A DNA stretch of 64,000 nucleotides, taken from the NCBI GenBank assembly GCA_015680685.1, contig MNCI01001077.1, positions 5,627-69,626 of the forward strand, given 5' to 3'. Source of the stretch: Gnetum montanum. Lineage: Eukaryota > Plantae > Gnetophyta. Under the pieces are notes generated by a model that saw only the letters and a list, made by a program, of their open reading frames with translations, ran no database searches and had not been told where the DNA came from. The translations under genes were made by a program, and so were the position numbers. Positions 23,750 through 37,258 of this stretch are shown here, one piece after another. Each line of letters starts with the position of its first letter. Position 1 is the first letter of the stretch.

Positions 23750-25864
23750 ATGTCTCGTGCACACAACATTAGTGATTTATCTAGTGGTGAAACTATTCAC
23801 TGGTGAACCAATGTTATATATAATGACATAGAATGGAGTGATCATCCTAGATGCGATGATAGATGCTAAAGAACACAAAGCTTATATCATCATCTCAACT
23901 ACCTATAGGGTTATTAGACTCATGCAACTTAATGTCCATATATGGAGATGTTTTATGGAGAAAGTGAACCCTTGTTATCTACTCGAAGCTTAGCAAACAT
24001 TCAAGAGGTTGTTAGAATCCCCAAAAAGCATTAACAAGATAGTCATACCAAAAAAATCAAAATGGAGTATATCCCTAGGTTTACAGGAGGCTATAATTCC
24101 AGTCCACAATAATATTTGAAAGCCTTCAATGCTGCATGTGCCTTAAAAAACATTGACAACATGTGGTAGAAGCTAAAAATATTTTCCTGGACATTCATCG
24201 ATCAAGCTGCCATGTGGTATCAGTCGTTGAAACCTATTTCTATTAAGCATTGGTCCACGATGTTAGAATTGTTTAATGACAAGTACCAAACTTATGCCAA
24301 AGTGTTCCAGTTATGGAAATAGATCCACGAATGGCAACAAATAGAATATGAGCCCTTGGATTTGGCCCTGGACCATTATTACTCTTTATTGCATAAATAT
24401 CCAACCCATGGCTTCTACTTGGGGAAGAACAACTTCACCACATCATAGATGGGCTTCAAACTCAAACCCAAGAGACCCTTGGAACATACGCTAAGGGAAA
24501 ATTATATAAATTAGAAGGCCATTATATTTTAAGGTTAATTCAATGGGTTTCTAAAGAAGAAGTCGAGTTGTGTAAACAACAAAGTTTGAAAAACCACCAA
24601 TAGGAATCAATGTTTGTAACAAAAATGGTCATTGACCAAGATAAGGCAACATTCCATAGTGAGATGTCCCAACCTCCCTTGCCAATACAACAACTAATTA
24701 ATGAATTTTATGCAAGGTTGAATAGAATATCTACATGGCTTCAGGATAGTGCTTTGTCATATACCAAGCCTACTAAAGTAAGTGTGGCACTACACAGTCT
24801 CAGTGAAGAATCTCAACATAAAGGAGCCAATCACAAAATAAGAAAAATGAAAGGCCAACAAGAAAAACACATTGCTATTGATAACAAGGTCAATAGCTTC
24901 ATTACAAACATGGATGAGGAATGGTACCTTTGACTTTATGATCATCCAAAGAGCTAATGCCCGATATTGTCACATCTATAGGAGCATTGGAATTTTGCAC
25001 TAAACCCAAAGTTCTAATGCCAACACAAGCCTAGAAGAATACCTTTCTATCCACATAGTTATGGCCCATCCTATAACCGCATGGTTAGGAACCATCCTTA
25101 GCCTTATGATCAACCTCAACCATAGTGGCAACCACCAGAGTCATGGGGGAGACAATCACCCACTTGCCAGCCATCTCACCATTCGTAGTCATATGAGTAC
25201 TATGTTCAAAAGCCTGTTTCATTGAGAAGTTTCCATTCATCTTCTTCTTCTTCATCACATGTGTACCACTCACTAGAACACCATTGCTACATGCCATCTC
25301 CCATGTTTTCACCACTACATGCCACATATCCTTTTTCATTTTTTTCAAGCTCTCATGTTTTCCTCTTTCACACATCATCACCCATTTTGAAGGATTTAGC
25401 ACAACATCATTTATAGCCACAAGTGGCTACTTGTGCAACAACTATGTGTACCAACGATAAATCAAATAGAAACCCTTTATGGCCACACAAACATCCCTTC
25501 TTCAGGACTATTCACACCAAAAAATGTAAAGGCCAAACATCACCCACTGTATCTACTACTCCTGCGCAAGGGCAACCTAGCAACGTGTTCCTTCCTTTGG
25601 ATCTACCACCTTCTGTACATACATCAAAGTTGCCTATTGTCTCTACTTCTATTTTGACCACTATTGTGGATTCTGATTTTATGCCGAGACAACAAAATCC
25701 ATGTATGCCACCAAGTTGTCATGACCTTAGTTGGATGCCAGGAATGTTTCGAGCTACCCCATTTCCACACTAGCATACTGACCCAACCTTTATGCCATGT
25801 GTGTGAGACCACCAGGAAGCATGCCCTATACCACGTATCCACAATGTATGGACCCTTTTGTTAG
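23750..25864 (+). pseudogene. Element D gag (Athila-type capsid region + Pro/His/Ser-rich tail)
   Basis: IPRFTGG, KLKIFSWTFIDQAAMWYQSLKPISIKHW, EPLDLALDHYYSLLHKYPTHG; stops and frameshifts; no protease motif seen. Confidence 0.75.
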
Positions 25865-27889
25865 TTCATATCATCCTCCAATGCCTAGTCCTTGGGGCTA
25901 TCTTCCTTTCTAACTATAAACTAATCCTCCATTTTTTTTGTTTTACTTTCTTTTATTTTTAGTTTATTCTATTTTATTTTATTTTATTTTTCATTTTTTT
26001 CTCTATTATTTTTGTTTTGTTTTGTTTTGATTTATTTTGTTTACCATTCCTAAATGTTCTCGATCAACAAGTGAGTTTCACTTTGGTCTACTTGGGGTGG
26101 AGATTTGTTTCTATGTTGTTTCCATCATAAATGTTTAACTATGTGAATGGTGAGTCTACTTCATCCATCCATCCACTTAATTCTATGGTTTCCCTCTATT
26201 TTGGAAGGATGAAGCCCCTTTTTCTAATCAAACTATAATGAATCAGTGGCTTGGTATCCTTCACCTTGAAGAAGGATTCAAAGGAATTGAAAAGGGTGCA
26301 ACTTCAAGGGGATTTGATACACTTGTACTACTTTATTCTCTTGAACATGTGGATGTTGTCATTAATTTTTTGCCATTCCAGCATCAAACACCACCAAGAA
26401 GTAAACCCATCAAATACATTTTTACATGGTGTGGTTCCCTTTCAAAAGAAGAAGAAGAAGAAAAAGCAAAGAAAAACAAAAGAAAAACAAAAAAAGAAAA
26501 TAATTGAAATTCAAAGCACACCCCTTAGATGAAATAATTGAGTATGGACTACAAGCACTAGTTATGGAACTAGAGAGACATGTACCCATGCCTGAAGATT
26601 CCCTCTAACTAAGGTCCTTCCACACTTCCTGCTACTCTTTTCTTCTTTTTGGTGGGATGGTGGTTGATCTATGAGAACACCCATGTTGCCTAAGAGGATG
26701 GATTGATCAGGTGTGTTGATGGAAGGTCACTAGATGTGGTTCTTTTTGGTTTGGATTTAGGATGGTTGTTGTCAAGTTACCTTAACCACTAAAAACACAA
26801 GGGGCTTCATACGACCTCCATATTGGGAGTCCATTCTGTGTTCTCTCTTTCCACCATGATTTCCATTCCTCACCTCAATATTCTTTGTGTTTTCATTTAT
26901 GATTAGGATGTACATAGTCATCATTCTCTACTAATGGTGGTGTATTTGTTTTTTATGTGATGTTGTGCGAAAGGTATCAGTCGCATTCAACACCTTGGGT
27001 GCATATGGACACCTTTTGGCGTAGTTATGCAAGGGCATCATGGGCATGTACCTACTTTGGGGAGGACCCAATTGTGTAACTCTTATGCATTTTACTTGTT
27101 TTTCTATACCACTTCATTTATGCACCTTCCACTATGCCTTAATGCCTATCATTTCACCTTTCCCTAACTATATACCCTTTTCACTTTTGTGCATTATTCC
27201 TTTCCATAGCATTCTCCTAATGTGATTCCTAGGTTCCTAATGTTTTGGTACCTCCAAATTTTTTATACCTACCCTCAAATTATTCTCCCTTGTCAAATTG
27301 TTAGTTGAGAATTTTTCTGGGCACTCTAAAATCGGGGCCATAAAATCTATAAATATGACACTTAGCCACAATTCCAATTTCATTTTCACATCACAACGCA
27401 AGGGGAGTTTTTGCCATTTTTTCTCTTTGGTGCTTTAAGCTCTGCATGCCCTTCATCCACATGCTATATCTCGCTCATTCACCCTCCATTTTACATGCCA
27501 TTTACACCTATCGATCCCTGGAGTGTCCATCTTAGTCATGCAGGGGTGTTGTTGTGTTCACCTAACATCACATTTTTGTTCACCTAATGTCACATTTCTT
27601 CATCGAAAATTGCTATCGCCCAAAAGGTATTATGAGGGTAAACAATGAATACACTAAGTAAAATCAAAGCTAAATGAGTAAATAAACATTTCCTACCATG
27701 CCAAAGATACTTTTTACGTATCCCTAATTTCCTTAACTATTTTATTGGATGACTTTGAAAAAAAAAGTAAGGCCTTATCTCTACAATCTAACATGGCTAT
27801 AACATACACTGAAGGTTGACTAAGGTATAGATGAGTAATGTGATCAATACAAGGATCCCTTAGTAACCTAATGTTTTTTGTAATTATAG

Positions 27890-30694
27890 ATGGCCCCAAA
27901 ATGAGAAACCCAAGGTGATCCATCATAGAGACCAAGCAAACACCCTTGGGGAAATCAAGGTCAAGCTAGCCAGCAAGGGCCACCAATTGAGTAGGAAGCA
28001 TAGTCATTCAAAATCCATTAAGAAGCCCCTGCAGAAGTCCCTGCTGAAGCTCAATCTGTGTACATAGAGGTAGCATCTAAAGTGCAAGGACAATGACTCA
28101 CGTTGTCACTAGAATGCCTTACTACCATTCAGGCATGTCCCATGTTGGCCTCAGTCATTGTGGAAATGAACTTCAGGCCATTGATGAGTTTGCCCCTCAG
28201 TCAATGAGGACACACTTGCAAGCATCTCTATTTTGGCCAATTTTATCTAAAAATGTAGAATGGTACTATGGGGAGACTTATTCTTTCTATCATGGTAGAG
28301 AAGAAGATACCATGGTAAGAATTGGTGGGTTCACAGTCTCTTATTCCATCAAGGAAATCACTGAAGCCCTAAATTTTCCAAATGTTGAAGCGTGATTGTC
28401 GATTTTATCAACCCGACATGATCTAGAGAGACATAAGCTATGGGTGAAATGTGCTTTTGACGATGAGAATAAGTCATACAATGGACTAATCCTAGAAAAG
28501 AGTACCTATTTAAAAATTGGGAGATATCATTTATTTCCAAAAAAAGGGCTTAATCATCTATCCACCTATGCAACTAGGGGATGTGCTGTGTTAATGGGAA
28601 AATTTCAAGCCAACATTCCTAAACTATACTTCATGGAGATCAAGTAGTGGTTTGAAGAGGCAAAGTTGGGGAAGCTCACTTTACCATTCCCTTGTCTAAT
28701 TCAAAAACAATGTCAATGTGTTAGAATCCTTGGTTATACTAATGACGTATCTTGCAAAGCTCAAAACTCTACTTTTATAGAATTGCTCAAAATAGTTCCT
28801 TCGAGAAAAGATCTCAGAGAAGAGAAAGAAGAAAAACCAGAGTAGGGATACATCATCCAACTGGAGCAACAAATTGAATAGCTTATGCCCCAATTGGTGT
28901 AGGCCAAGCAGCAACAGGAAGTAGGACCTAGCCATAGACTATAGTCTAAACAACCACTACTGCCATCTCAACCACCTTAGTAATAGCTACCAAATTATGA
29001 TTATAGGCCTACACTTACTCATCTCTAGTGGATCTCAGACCTCATGAGCTAGGGAACACCTAATGAGTCAAGCCTCTTTCGAGTTCTTGATGATGCAGTC
29101 CAACCCACAGTGTTTGCTGATCCTACCATAGGGTAGGTTTCACTCCAGTATGGATGAGAAGCCCAATGGTCACAACAAATCTCTGGGAACACCGAATCAT
29201 TTCAAGTAATGCTCGAAACCGGTGAAGGGGCTATAGTGGTAGTCATGCAACACCAGGATGTGGTAGGTGTAGTGGATGTTATCAAGGACCACAATAAAGA
29301 ATCCTTTCAATTTCCTATTGTACCACCAATGGATCTCACAGGCACACAAGATGTGCAAACATTGGTTGGTCCCACCATGACTCTAGCTGAACACAAGGAT
29401 ATGGTGGATAAAAAACTACAGACAAGGTAGGTAATGACCTCCTTGTTCGACATCCCCAATGATGTCATTGTAGCATAGTGCAAACTAATGTCATCGTCAA
29501 GCATAGGGTCAAGCATGTAGAGGTGGAAACCCAAAGGCTTCATCAAGAGCTTGCAACCTTAAAGGTAGAAAGGTAGGATCCATATTCATTGATTCCACCC
29601 AAGACAATGGAGGATTTCCAAACTAAGCAATTGGCTTAGATGATAGAAGAGAATAAAAACCTAGCATAGGAAAGAGAGAAAGTAGTATGGGATGCTTCTA
29701 CCATAGAAGTGTGAACCCATGTGCATCTCAAGGCCCTTACAGACCTACAAGAAGAAAATAAGCAGTTAACTATAGTAAATAATAAGTTGACGCCATTGAC
29801 CAACAAAAGAATTTGTTAGAAGAAAGAACTCGCTAGATAAGAGAGTAGCTAGTGCAGGTCATCCACAACATGAGTTGCCTCACTTGAGAAAATCAAATCC
29901 TCTCTATAGAGGATGTATGCACTATTCGAGAAAAGTTGGTCATTGAAATAAGCACATGGAAAAACAAGGCTAAAAAGAATAAGTGGCTCAAGCAGCACTT
30001 TCATGACCAGGTGGGCATGTACAAAGAAATCATTGAAAAAGAAATCTAAATGGCAAAGGGTCAGATAGATTCTTTTGTGGCCCAATGATCTGACTAGAGA
30101 AACAGCTTGGATACATATGACCTTGGTCACCAAGCAAAGGTTAAAATTTGGGACCTGCAGATTACTAATCTGAAAGAGTATATGGAGTTGGCCAATCTTC
30201 AATACACCAACTTGGCCATATTGATAGTAGGGTGCTCATGTAATGAGGCTTAAGAGGTAGGAAGCTACCACATATGCATTGTATGAAAATGAGTTTGTTG
30301 ACCGCAAAGAAGCTCTTGACAAGCTAGTAGTCACAACTATAGAATTGGAGGTAGTTAAGGCGAGCTACCATGGACAGAAAGATGTAACGATAGACTTGGC
30401 CTGATGCTTCATTAATTATCAAGAGTTGAAGATAAGTCCAAGGAATTTGAAGAGGAGAGACAACAATTTGTAGCATGGTATGTAAAAGATAATCAAATGT
30501 TTCTGCAGCTACCGTGCTCATGGGATGTGCCAATTCCCTCACACATCAGGTCTTCTACATGGACTATGCATGATCCTAGAATAGAGGAGGAGAAATTTCA
30601 ATTGCTTCTACATTATCATAAGCCTCTAAAACTAGGACATAAAGGCAAGGGAAAGAAGATTTTGGAAGAGCCACCACCTCTTGGCACAACGTAG
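27890..30694 (+). pseudogene. Element D accessory ORF2
   Basis: FWPILSKNVEWYYGETYSFYH, ANIPKLYFMEI, LPFPCLI, VVVMQHQD, LPCSWDVPIPSHIR; homologous to C ORF2. Confidence 0.8.
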
Positions 30695-30866
30695 TGACTC
30701 CATCATTGTTCTTTTTGTTCTTAATTCTAATTCTTATAATGTGTCATCATTTTGTTGTAATAAAACACCACTACAATGCAATGATTATTTTGTTAGTCAA
30801 TAATCCCATACCTTTCACCATTTTGTATGAAACTCGAGGATGAGTTTTCATTCAGTCATGGGGGTA

Positions 30867-31668
30867 TGATGAGTCATCAGAAGTGATATCCGGGCTTCAA
30901 TATCGTGGATCCGATATCAGGGTTAGTAGATGATGTCAAATATCTAATGTCATTTCTACCATACTCGCCTATAAATATCACATAAGGGAGGTAGAGGATA
31001 GATAGATGGGAGAGTCAGTTAGAGTTTTCCAATTTTAGTTCAAGTGTATGCTCGTAGTGTGATGTTTATGGTTGCACAACATCCTTATTTGACTGCAATG
31101 TACTTGGGCACATTACATGTTTGACAATAAATATTGAGATCATTTACATCATTGCAACATCCACTTTCATTTTTGATTTACTTAGATTAAAATTTTAATG
31201 TATTTATTAATTGTGATTTCCAACTAATATTATTTATGTTCCCTGTCATTAAGAGGAATGAGTACGACCAATTGCAAACACATAAGCATATTGTCTGGTA
31301 ACCTAGTAGTGATTAGCGTTTGGTAATCCTAGTGGTAACTACATGAAGCCCAAGGTGCGTACGGACAATTGGGTTCAGATACTCATTGCCTTAGGTTAAT
31401 ATCGGATTTATTTCATTCAATTAGTTAATCAACTCTTTATTATCATTCTACAGTAGGAGTAATGTTAAAACACTACATCATACACCTCACTTGAGACTAA
31501 ACCATAGGTGAAAATGCTTCCACTAGTCTGACGTGGGAAGACAACAAACAACAAAGCACAATAACTATCTTAGAACTCACAATTATCCCCATCCACAGAG
31601 TTTGACTAAATCATGTGTACATGCTCATATTCGTATGGTTGGGCATAGGGGTACCTTACTACTCATCA
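30867..31668 (+). repeat. Element D 3' LTR (802 bp)
   Basis: Follows CTCGAGGATGAG...CATGGGGGTA; ends CTCATCA followed by the TSD. Confidence 0.93.
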
Positions 31669-31673
31669 ACCCT

Positions 31674-32401
31674 AATCTAGTTGTATCTCAAATACCCATC
31701 CATAAAGGATAATAAGGCATATTTGGTTGTAGTATCAGTAAGTTGATCAATATTATGTAAATGAAAGTCATCCTTGCTTGTTGTCTTATTTAAGTCTCAG
31801 AAATCTATGAAAATGTGAATACTCCTATTTTTTTAGGGACTACCACTATATTGGATACTAATTCTACGTAGCCAATAGATATAATGAAACCAACTTGGTA
31901 TAGTTTCATGATTTCATCAGGAACTTCTAAGGCTAAATTGAGTCTAATCTTACAAATCTTTTTCTTAACAAGTCCAATGCTAAGATCAAGTATAATGTTG
32001 GGTTGGAATAAGCATGGGTATAGGTCTAGCATATCTTCATATGACTAGGAAAATCTCTTAATATTACCTTGCAAAACCTTGGTGATGGCTTGAGCCTGTT
32101 GAGGTTCTAATGAGGAACTTAATTTTAGTGTTTTCTCCTCACCATTATGTGTTGTGATAGGAACCTCAACTATAGAGTCTTTAGTTATGTTGCTAGCCAA
32201 AAGATCAAGGGTTTTGACTAGGTTCTTAGGCCACTCTAGAGGTGTTTTGATTCAAGCTATATACTTGACAAGACTCTTAGGCTCATGATCTTAGCAATCA
32301 AGGTCAATACATCATTCAATGTTACTATGGGACCCACTTATGCTCAAAGGTAAACTAGTTTGCTTCCAAGTGTCGAGACACTAATCTTTCATATCAACCA
32401 T
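31674..32401 (-). pseudogene. Element E pol, RT N-terminal part
   Basis: LYQVGFII, VSNIVVVPKKIG, MDGYLRYN; starts MVDMKD, like MVDMEDW at 9304 in B. Confidence 0.85.
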
Positions 32402-33094
32402 AAGCACATTAAGTGGCACTTAGGTAAAAATGAATAAATAATGCTTCAAATGATATAAAACACCTCGGTAAGGATGCAAACACATGCTATTATAGTGCCA
32501 ATCAAAATGATAACAAGGTCAACTAAGGTTATAGGATGTAGTTGAAGATAAATTAAATGGAATAAAGGCTAAACAAAGTTAAATGAAGGTTAGAATAAGT
32601 TGAAACACCATAAGAAAATGGAAAATAATTTCAAATATGGGAAATAAGGTTGCACTAGGTCATTTTTAGGCCTTGGCAAACCATGTTTCCTGTTTAAGGC
32701 CATGGCCATATGATGTCAAATGTTCATCAAATATGGTCAAACCCAATTAAATAACACTAATCAAAGCCTAGACAAAGGGCAATAGTGACCATAGTAGTGA
32801 AAAAAAAGATAAATTTAATGAAACCAAAGGCTAGATAAGTTCAATTGATGATAATAAGGGATAAAAATGCAAAGCAAGGTCAAAACAAGTTAGAACTCCA
32901 TGAAACAAGTATAAATCCATCAAAATGGAATATATGTGGTAAAACTTGGATAATACTAGTTGAAAAGTATTAGAATTTACTATTTTTAGGACATAGTAGG
33001 CCATGATATGGGGCTATAGGGTTGTTGGGAAAGTTTGGGCACATGAGGGGGCCATTCTGAGGGTTGTTTTGAAGCAAAATTAATACTTTTCCTT

Positions 33095-35415
33095 GTGACG
33101 ACATTGGCTTAGCATAGTCATGCATACTCCAACATAGTTAACATTCAAGGTTAGTTTCTTCGCTTAGTATGATTGATTTTAGGCTTTCAGCCATCTAGAT
33201 ATCTAGTTCATGGGGTGGATATTTGAAGATTGGTAAGTTTTGGCATTGGTTTAATTCTCAAAAAGACTAAAATGCATGTTTCTAGTGGGGATAGATGAGT
33301 TCATGGGATTTATAGTTCTAAGAAAAGTTGGGATTATGTTTAGGTAACATGTGGATGAGGCTCTGGGCATTCTTGATTAGTTTTTGGCTATTCTAAGTTG
33401 TTTACTACTGACTATTGTTGTCTCATTTTCCTTTTCTACTGTGACTACATTGGCCCAGCATAGTCACCGGCTTCCTCAACATAGTAAGGAATGGAAAATA
33501 GATTTTTGGAAGTTTCAAATCTTAATCAACCATGCTAATGAGCTTCCATGATCACTAATACTGTTGCCGAGGGTTTGAGTGTCGAAATTGCTAGTTTTGG
33601 ATCCTCTTTGGATCTTGGGTGATGAAATACCTTGTGATTAAGATGGAAACATGGTAAAAAAAAGCATGAATCATGGCTCATTTCCTAACATTTGAACATG
33701 CTCTAATAGGGTTCTTGGCCATTCAAAGAGTCAATTTGAGAAATTTTGAGTTGTTTTGATCATTTTCAAGTGGACTACACTGGGCCCTGGTAGTGCCTAC
33801 ATTGGCCTAGCATAGTCATTATTTTCCTTAGCATAGTTAAGTTTTCAAAGTTGAAAAAACTATAATTTATTGCTAAAATTGATTCTATTAAGGTCACAAG
33901 ACTTCTAAAAATAATCTTTGAGTTATTTTTGGCAATTTTTGAGTAATTTTATATGCACTATGCTGTACCCTAGTAGTGACTACATTGGCCTAGTGTAGTA
34001 AAATCATCTTTTAGCATAGTCACGATTTTAATGGTCAAAAATAATGAGAAAAAGTAAATTTCATGGTTGGACAGGCACTTGTGAGGTCACAGGTGGATTT
34101 TTCCTTTTATTATTAATTTTGGACAACTTGGAGTGGACTATGCTAAGGCTAGTCAATGACTACACTAGCTAAGCATAATCATAATTTTCCTCAACATAGT
34201 TGAGATTTTGAGAGTGAAAATTTTTGAAATATAACTCAAGTCCAAAGTATAATGGTCTCAATGTGTCCCAACAAGGTCCTACAATTAGAAAATATGTTCC
34301 ATTGGTTGAATTTGATGTGGTTGAAGCCCTAAAAGATGGACTATGCTAGGCAGCACTAGTAACTATGCTAGCCCAGCATAGTCTCATTATTCTTCAATGT
34401 AGTTGACACTTTGGGGATGGAAAACAAAGGTTTTCATGATCACAATGGGTTCCAACAAGGCCTAGGATTTACTAGTAGTGGGTTTAGGTTATTTTTGGTA
34501 TTTTTTTGGTCAATTTTGGGTGGACTATGATGGGCCCTAGTATGGACTATGCTAGCCCAAGGTAGTCCCAACTTTCCATCAATATAGTTAGTATCTAGAC
34601 ATTTAAAAAATGGAGAAAAATGATAAGGCTTGACATAGTGTTTAATTCTATGGTGTTTTGAAGTTCTTGGAATGTGAGTTGGAGTGGGAAATAAGTTGTT
34701 CAAGGCTTTCTATGTGGACTACACTAGGCCCAAAATAGTCATTGCATTTGAGTTGAAAAGTAATGAGATTTTAAGTCCATGTTTGGTCCATCAGGGTTTT
34801 AAGGTCTCTGAAAGTGGATTTGAGTTTGTGACTGATTGATTCAAGGATTTCAAGTGCACTACACTAGGCATCAGCTATGACTACATTGGCCCAATGTAAT
34901 CCCTAGGTTTTCCTAGCATAGTGTTGGAAAATGATTAGTTTTTAACATAATAGAATGCATTAGACCAAGTTTCAATGCTACCGGGAGCTCTAGCAAGGGT
35001 TTTGAAAGGTATGATGATCATTTAGAGCATATTTGGAGCTAGATGGGCTAGAAGAAGTTTATTCCATCATGGACTACATTGGGCATGAGTTGGGACTATG
35101 CTGTCCTAGCCTAGTCATTTAGTTTCCCTAGGGTAGTAATGGAAAATCATTAATTTTTTAACAAATTTTAATGTATTTAACTATGCTTCATGTCTGCAAG
35201 GGGATTAGATAGGGGTTAGGAAGGTAGGGTGAAAGATGCTATCTATCCTAAGGTTTTCATGGATTACAACCTTAGTGTAATCAAGCTTAGAGGTTGAAAA
35301 AACTCAGTGTAGTCATTGATTTTTGGAATTATTTTTTTGAAGTGCTCACTTGGACCCACTAAAAATTAGAATATCTTTTTGTGAAAAATATTCTTCTAAC
35401 TCAATGTAGTCCCTA
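33095..35415. repeat. Array of ~68-bp palindromic cores (four half-sites each) separated by divergent spacers
   Basis: Cores start near 33772, 33955, 34134, 34338, 34522, 34855 and 35071; partial ones near 33097, 33442, 34716, 35261 and 35400. Half-site GACTAYRYTRG and its reverse complement. Confidence 0.85.
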
Positions 35416-37258
35416 GTTTCCAAATTCATCATCAAGTGAAGTGGAGTTATGAAAGGAAACTAGCATTTTAATATTGACGTATAGGTTTAAGACTTGGTCT
35501 TATTTGGGAAAACATGAAAAAATCATTGTTTGAATATCTCTTCACTATAGTGCCCAAGTTAAAGCCCTATTGTTGTTACTATTATCTACTATTAGCATAT
35601 TCAAGGCCTTTCTTACCGATAGTGTTAGCATAGTTACCTCAGGACTACTAGAGACTAAGGATCCTCCACGTTTTTGTGCACCAATCGTTTGAACAATGAA
35701 TAAGAAGGTTCTTACTAAGAATCCTACATTTAAATAGGTAGATGTAGTTGCCCAAGTCTTGTCATGTATCCCCCATCCAAGGATTGGAAAAGGCTTTACC
35801 ACCACTTTTCTTAGGTACCCATTCTCACAAGTTTTTTCCATTTGTTCCATGTAATCTATTTTTAGGATTTATTATGTTTCTCATATCTAGGTATGCATAT
35901 TCATCATTTTGAGGTTATGTAAAAATCCCATCACATATCTAGGTGATGTTTATTCATTTTTTATGTTACTTGGACTTTGGGTTTTGTTTAGGTTGAAGTT
36001 TAAATATTTTTTCCATGATTTCCATGGATTTTTGCTTTTTTGGGCTAAAAAAGCAATGCTAATTTTGAAATTTTTTATGAGAAAAAAACTATTTTTTAAT
36101 TTTCGAAGATCATGGGATTATTGGTTACTATTTTTTAATTAGAAAAATTTCTGAACCACTTGATTTTGCCTTACAAATAATTTTTTATGGCTATTTCCAT
36201 GAAAGTGCATCAAGTGGGTTTTCTATTTTTTGGTCATTTTTTATCTAAACTTGGTCATTTTTATATGGTGAAAAATTATGGGTTTTTATTTCATCTTTCA
36301 AGTATTGTAATGAATTTAATGGTTGGTTTTATGAGCTTATGTGAAAATGGATTTTGGCATGATGACCATGGTAAGGTTAATTTGTAATTTGTTTTGAAAA
36401 GATGGCTAAGAATATTTATAGTTTCTTATTATGACTTGTAGTTCATGGTTTTATGATTTTGATGACTATGAAATCATTGAAAAATGCATAAGTGGTTAAT
36501 TTTCTATGAAATTTTCCATACGGTCATGCGAAATCATGGTTTTAAGTTTGTTACACATTTATCCCTATGAAGATGGGCAACATTTAGACTTTAAAAAAAA
36601 TTTCCCTCAATGTACCATGATCCTAGAGATAGTTTGAGATGTTGGAAAGGGGCTATAAGTGGTTTGTATCAAATAATTTTTTTGTTGGCATTTTTCACAA
36701 GTGATTTCCTATGGCTATTCTAGTGTGAGGTGTAGATTGGGGGTTGTAGAGTTGGATTATGGTTTGAATTTTTTCTAAGTGTTGTTTTCTATGTTGTATG
36801 ATTGCAATGTTATCCTTTTTGATATTTTTTATGTATTTTTAGTTTTGAATTTGGCCTACATGATCATAACAATTGTGATTGGATGTTACAGGGCCTTCTT
36901 GAAGCCCATCTTGGTGGTTACAGATATGGTGGGGCTTTTATGATGCATCCATCTCCCTAGGCCTAACACTCCAATTTACGATATGCAGTGGGGACATTGT
37001 GAAGAATGGTTTATGCTAGGGACCAAGGACTTTCTTATCTAACTACTATAGAATTATAGTATGATGGTTTGGTCACACTCGGCCTTTAGGATAGAAACAT
37101 CAATAGTGGAAACCCTTCGACCTAGTTCCTCTAGCCTAATTGTCAAGTTCTTGATTGATGAACTTGATGTTAATGTGGATGGAGAGAATAATGAAATTAA
37201 AACTAATGTGGGTAGTTATAAATTATCTAAAATTTTGGAGATGCTTGAGTTTAGCATA

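Larger units (their letters stand above)
22859..31668 (+). mobile_element. Element D: full-length non-autonomous Athila-like element (LTR-PBS-gag-ORF2-PPT-LTR, 8810 bp) inserted in RT of E
   Basis: Perfect TSD ACCCT (22854-22858 and 31669-31673); two LTRs; PBS; no gaps; no RT/RH/INT motifs found inside. Confidence 0.93.

Noticed and set aside
33095-35415. Repeat-spacer pattern resembling a CRISPR array
   Set aside because: Eukaryotic TE context, degenerate ~68-bp repeats, spacers mostly over 100 bp and no cas genes; kept only as a motif array.
36974-36996. TGCAGTGGGGAC resembling an Ogre-type PBS, implying a plus-strand element starting here
   Set aside because: No TGG start or LTR-terminal CA, no second LTR and no plus-strand gag; it lies inside the putative exon.
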